From an uncultured delta proteobacterium (GTDB lineage: Bacteria > Desulfobacterota > RBG-13-43-22): a stretch of 64,000 bases of DNA. A program made the translations under genes and the position numbers. Under the pieces are notes generated by a model that was given only the letters and a program-made list of their open reading frames with translations, was not told the origin of the DNA and made no database searches. Of this stretch, positions 60,745-64,000 are shown in pieces. The stretch is taken from assembly GCA_963743305.1 (NCBI GenBank), contig CAVUPH010000016.1:1-64000 (forward strand). Reading direction: 5' to 3'. The number at the start of each line of letters is the position of its first letter. The stretch's first letter is position 1.

Positions 60745-62565
60745 ATGGGAGTAAATTATTTCAATCGGAATGAACGGGACACGAAGTTTGTATTGTTTGA
60801 ACAGCTCAATATGGCGGACCTGCTGAAATATGATCGCTACAAGGATTTCAGCCTGGAAGATTTCGAGATGATCATCCAGGAGGGGCTCAAGGTGGCCAAG
60901 GAAGTGTTGGGCCCGACCATGCAGGATGGCGATCGGGAGGGTTGCCAGTATGACGCCGGGCAGGTGAAGATACCGGCCTCCTTTCATCAGTGCTGGAAGG
61001 TAATGGCCGAAAACGGCTGGATTTCCATGTCCGGAAACCCGGAATTTGGTGGTCAGGGGCTGCCGGCCTGTTTGAGCGGTCTGGTCAGCGAGTTTTTTGT
61101 CGGTGGCAACATGGCCTTCATGACCTATCCGGGGCTAACTACCGCCAACGCCGAGGTTATCGAACATTACGGGACTGACCTGGATCGCGCCATGTTCGTG
61201 GAAAAGCTGAACACCGGGGTCTGGGCCGGGACCATGTGTCTGACCGAGCCGGATGCCGGCTCGGACGTGGGGTATGCCCGGTCCAAGGCGGTACCCGATC
61301 CGGATTCCGGAGACCCACGGATCTATAAGATTGAGGGCAACAAGCGGTTCATCACCTGCGGGGACCAGAACCTGACCGAAAACATCATCCATCTGGTACT
61401 GGCCCGGATTGAAGGGGCCCCTTTAGGGACCAAGGGGATCAGCCTTTTTATCGTGCCCAAAGTCTGGGTTAATCCCGACGGTTCGCTGGGAGAACCCAAC
61501 GATGTGTTTTGTACCGGCATCGAACACAAGATGGGGATTCACGGTTCCTCCACCGCTTCCCTGAGTTTCGGGGAAAGCGGGAAGTGCCGCGGGATACTGC
61601 TGGGGAAACCCCACAGCGGGATGGCTGAGATGTTTCAGATGATGAACGAGGCCCGCATGGGTTGCGGAGTCCAATCGCTGGGCCTGGCGGCCTCGGCCTA
61701 TGATTCAGCCCTGCAGTACGCCAAGGAAAGGTTTCAGGGCCCGCCCTTCACCGACCGCAAAGCGGACCGGGTCCGGATCATCGAACACGAGGACGTCCGC
61801 CGCATGCTCATGAACCTGAAGGCCGGCACCGAAGCCATGCGGGCCATGATCGGGAAGCTTTTTTTCCAGATTGACGTGGCCTTGTCCGACCCCGACGAAG
61901 GCAAACGGAAGGCGGCCGGAAACCAGGTGGAACTGCTCACCCCGTTAGTCAAGGCCTATTGTTCCGACTTCGGCTATGACCTGACCCGGGACGCCATGCA
62001 GGTATTAGGAGGAGTCGGCTACTGCGCGGAGTTTCCGGTGGAACAGTACGCCCGGGACCTCAAGATCGTCTCCATTTGGGAGGGGACCAACTATATCCAA
62101 TCCCTGGATCTGATCGGGCGTAAGCTTCCCCTGGAAGGGGGAGCGGTGTTCCAGTCCTGGATTCAAAATATTTTCGACCTGACCAAGGAACACAAAGAAG
62201 ATCCCGATTTCAGCGCCGACTTCAAACTCCTGTTCAAGGCGGCCCAAGCCACCGGCGATTACACCATGCGCTTCATGCAATATTTCCAGGGTGGAAAACC
62301 CAAGCTAATCGCCTTGGCGGCCACCCGCTTTTTGGCCTGCTTTTCCGAGGTGCTCATGGGGCATATGCTCTTGGAGCAGGGGATGATCGCCCGGGAAAAG
62401 CTGAAGGGCGTGGAGGCCGATTCGGCCGACGGTTACTTCTATCGAGGAAAAATGGAAACGGCTAAATATTTCTGCCGGAATATCCTGACCAACGTCTTCT
62501 CCCGCTATACCAGCTTCCAGCAGGAGGATACCTCGGCGGTGGACATCCCGGAGGAAGGGTTTTAA
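60745..62565 (+). CDS. Long-form acyl-CoA dehydrogenase (FadE5/DmdC-like)
   Basis: GTMCLTEPDAGSDVG, ENIIHLVLAR, EHKMGIHGS, MFQMMNEAR, IWEGTNYIQSLDL. Confidence 0.92.
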   Translation: MGVNYFNRNERDTKFVLFEQLNMADLLKYDRYKDFSLEDFEMIIQEGLKVAKEVLGPTMQDGDREGCQYDAGQVKIPASFHQCWKVMAENGWISMSGNPEFGGQGLPACLSGLVSEFFVGGNMAFMTYPGLTTANAEVIEHYGTDLDRAMFVEKLNTGVWAGTMCLTEPDAGSDVGYARSKAVPDPDSGDPRIYKIEGNKRFITCGDQNLTENIIHLVLARIEGAPLGTKGISLFIVPKVWVNPDGSLGEPNDVFCTGIEHKMGIHGSSTASLSFGESGKCRGILLGKPHSGMAEMFQMMNEARMGCGVQSLGLAASAYDSALQYAKERFQGPPFTDRKADRVRIIEHEDVRRMLMNLKAGTEAMRAMIGKLFFQIDVALSDPDEGKRKAAGNQVELLTPLVKAYCSDFGYDLTRDAMQVLGGVGYCAEFPVEQYARDLKIVSIWEGTNYIQSLDLIGRKLPLEGGAVFQSWIQNIFDLTKEHKEDPDFSADFKLLFKAAQATGDYTMRFMQYFQGGKPKLIALAATRFLACFSEVLMGHMLLEQGMIAREKLKGVEADSADGYFYRGKMETAKYFCRNILTNVFSRYTSFQQEDTSAVDIPEEGF

Positions 62566-62595
62566 CTTTTTTGGAATTCGGTTATTCTCCGTATA

Positions 62596-62704
62596 CCGGA
62601 CTTGATCCGGCATCCAGGACGTTGGGGTCTTTAACCGCCCTGGATTCCGGCCATTCGACTGGCTCATGGCCCTGAGTTTATCGAAGGGCTTTCGCCGGAA
62701 TGAC
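62596..62704. repeat. REP-like hairpin family C with an inserted CCCTGAG...TCGAAGGG module
   Basis: CCGGACTTGATCCGGCATCCAG...CTGGATTCCGGC[CATTCGAC...CCCTGAGTTTATCGAAGGG]CTTTCGCCGGAATGAC. Confidence 0.7.
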
Positions 62705-62777
62705 GGCCTGACCGGGTCAGCACCTTCGGGTGATTGACTATATTTTTACTCAGTACTATTAATTAGAGGAGGAATCA

Positions 62778-64000
62778 ATGGGTTTTCAAATAAAAAAAGC
62801 CATGGTCATCGGTTCCGGTGTCATGGGCGGGGGAATCGCCGGCCATCTGGCCAACGCGGGGATCCCCGTTTACCTGGTGGATATCGTCCCCTTCAAGCTG
62901 ACTCCCGCGGAGGAGGCCAAGGGGCTGACTTTGAAGAGCCCGGTCGTTCGCAACCGGATCGTCAATCAGGGAATAGATTTTCTGAAGAAATCCAAACCAC
63001 CGGGGTTGTTCAGCCCCACCCGGATGGAGCTGATCACCGTCGGCAATATGGAAGATAATTTCGACTGGATCAAAGAGGCGGACTGGATCATCGAGGTGGT
63101 GGTCGAAAACCTCAAGATCAAACACGAGGTGATGGCCAAAATCGAAGCGGCCCGCAAACCCGGGCAGCATCGTCTCCACCAATACCTCCGGTCTGCCCAT
63201 CTATCAGATTGCCGAAGGACGGTCAGACGAGTTCAAGGCCCATTTTCTGGGGACCCACTTCTTCAACCCGGCCCGGTATCTGAAGCTGCTGGAGATCATT
63301 CCCACGCCGGAAACCGACCCGAAGCTATCGGCCTTCATGATGCAATTCGGGGAACGCCGGTTGGGCAAGACCATGGTCTTGTGCAAGGATACCCCGAATT
63401 TCATCGCCAACCGGGTGGCCGGCATTACCGGGACTTCGGCCATCAACTACGTGTTGCAGAACGATCTGACGGTGGAAGAGGTGGACGCCGTCACCGGTCC
63501 GCTGATCGGGCACCCCAAGACCGCCACCTTCCGACTTCAGGACCTGGTCGGACTGGACATCGCCAGCCACGTGGCCAACAACCTCTATCCCGCCATCCCG
63601 GATGATCCTTTCCGGGAAGTCATCCAGGGGCCGGTGAAGGAACTGACCGGGAAAATGGTGGAAAAAGGCTGGTTGGGCAACAAGGCCAAACAAGGATTTT
63701 ACAAAAAAATCAAAACCCCGGAGGGGAAAAAGGACTATCTCATACTAGACCTCAAGACCCTGGAATACCGACCTCAACAGAAACCGAATATTCCCTGGGT
63801 GAAACAGGCCAAAGGCATCGAATCCCTGCCGGAGCGGATAAAATTCATCAGCCGGCAGGATGACCGAGTGGCCAAGATGATCGCCTTCAACACCGCCCAG
63901 GCTTTATCCTATTGTGCCTGGCTGATCCCGGAAATAGCGGATGTCCTCTACGCGGTAGATGATGCCGTCCGGGCCGGTTTCTTCCATGAACTGGGGCCCT
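62778..64000 (+). CDS. 3-hydroxyacyl-CoA dehydrogenase/enoyl-CoA hydratase (FadN-like), frameshifted near 63165, runs off the window
   Basis: VIGSGVMGGGIA.H.ANAG and WIIEVVVE; after the shift SIVSTNTSGLP, GTHFFNP.RYLKLLE, KDTPNFIANR. Confidence 0.88.

Noticed and set aside
62778-63605. Programmed frameshifting or true pseudogenes in the fadN-like and tetR genes
   Set aside because: They are single-base indels at short runs in otherwise well-conserved genes, most simply explained as sequencing error; this cannot be resolved without reads.
1-64000. CRISPR array, tRNA or rRNA genes, integron attC array
   Set aside because: No regularly spaced repeat-spacer series, cloverleaf, rRNA-like sequence or RYYYAAC/GTTRRRY cassette pattern was seen by eye.

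Overview
A 64-kb window from an anaerobic, Desulfobacterota-like (deltaproteobacterial) chromosome. Scattered single-base frameshifts, some in homopolymers, suggest a long-read or low-coverage assembly. Housekeeping and metabolic content: an OYE-type flavin oxidoreductase, a QueG/RdhA-like Fe-S protein, a cytoplasmic Mo-bisPGD oxidoreductase pair, a LigD phosphoesterase, frdCAB, ftsH, a MacAB-type exporter, cinA, and a TetR-led acyl-CoA dehydrogenase/biotin carboxylase/hydratase cluster resembling atu/liu. The accessory region (about 9-23 kb) holds a giant mosaic RHS/YD protein gene, an IS110-family element, a decayed REP-associated (Y1/HUH) transposase, MNT-HEPN toxin-antitoxin genes and a probable BREX deletion scar. 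The best-supported discovery is the IS110 element (18660-20430). Its 3' non-coding end folds into a two-loop bridge-RNA-like structure whose guides spell out the reconstituted 14-bp insertion site AACTAC-GT-CCCCCT. That site is the inverted-repeat end of the neighbouring Y1/RAYT transposase unit, so this looks like an RNA-programmed element aimed at the ends of another mobile element. Other notable items: a low-GC variable segment inside the RHS gene, a shared [YF]-x-P-[LV]-I motif in three unrelated secreted proteins, a large secreted protein with beta-pore-forming-toxin-like segments, a ~280-bp nested-palindrome element in two inverted copies, and several MITE/REP/heptamer repeat families.
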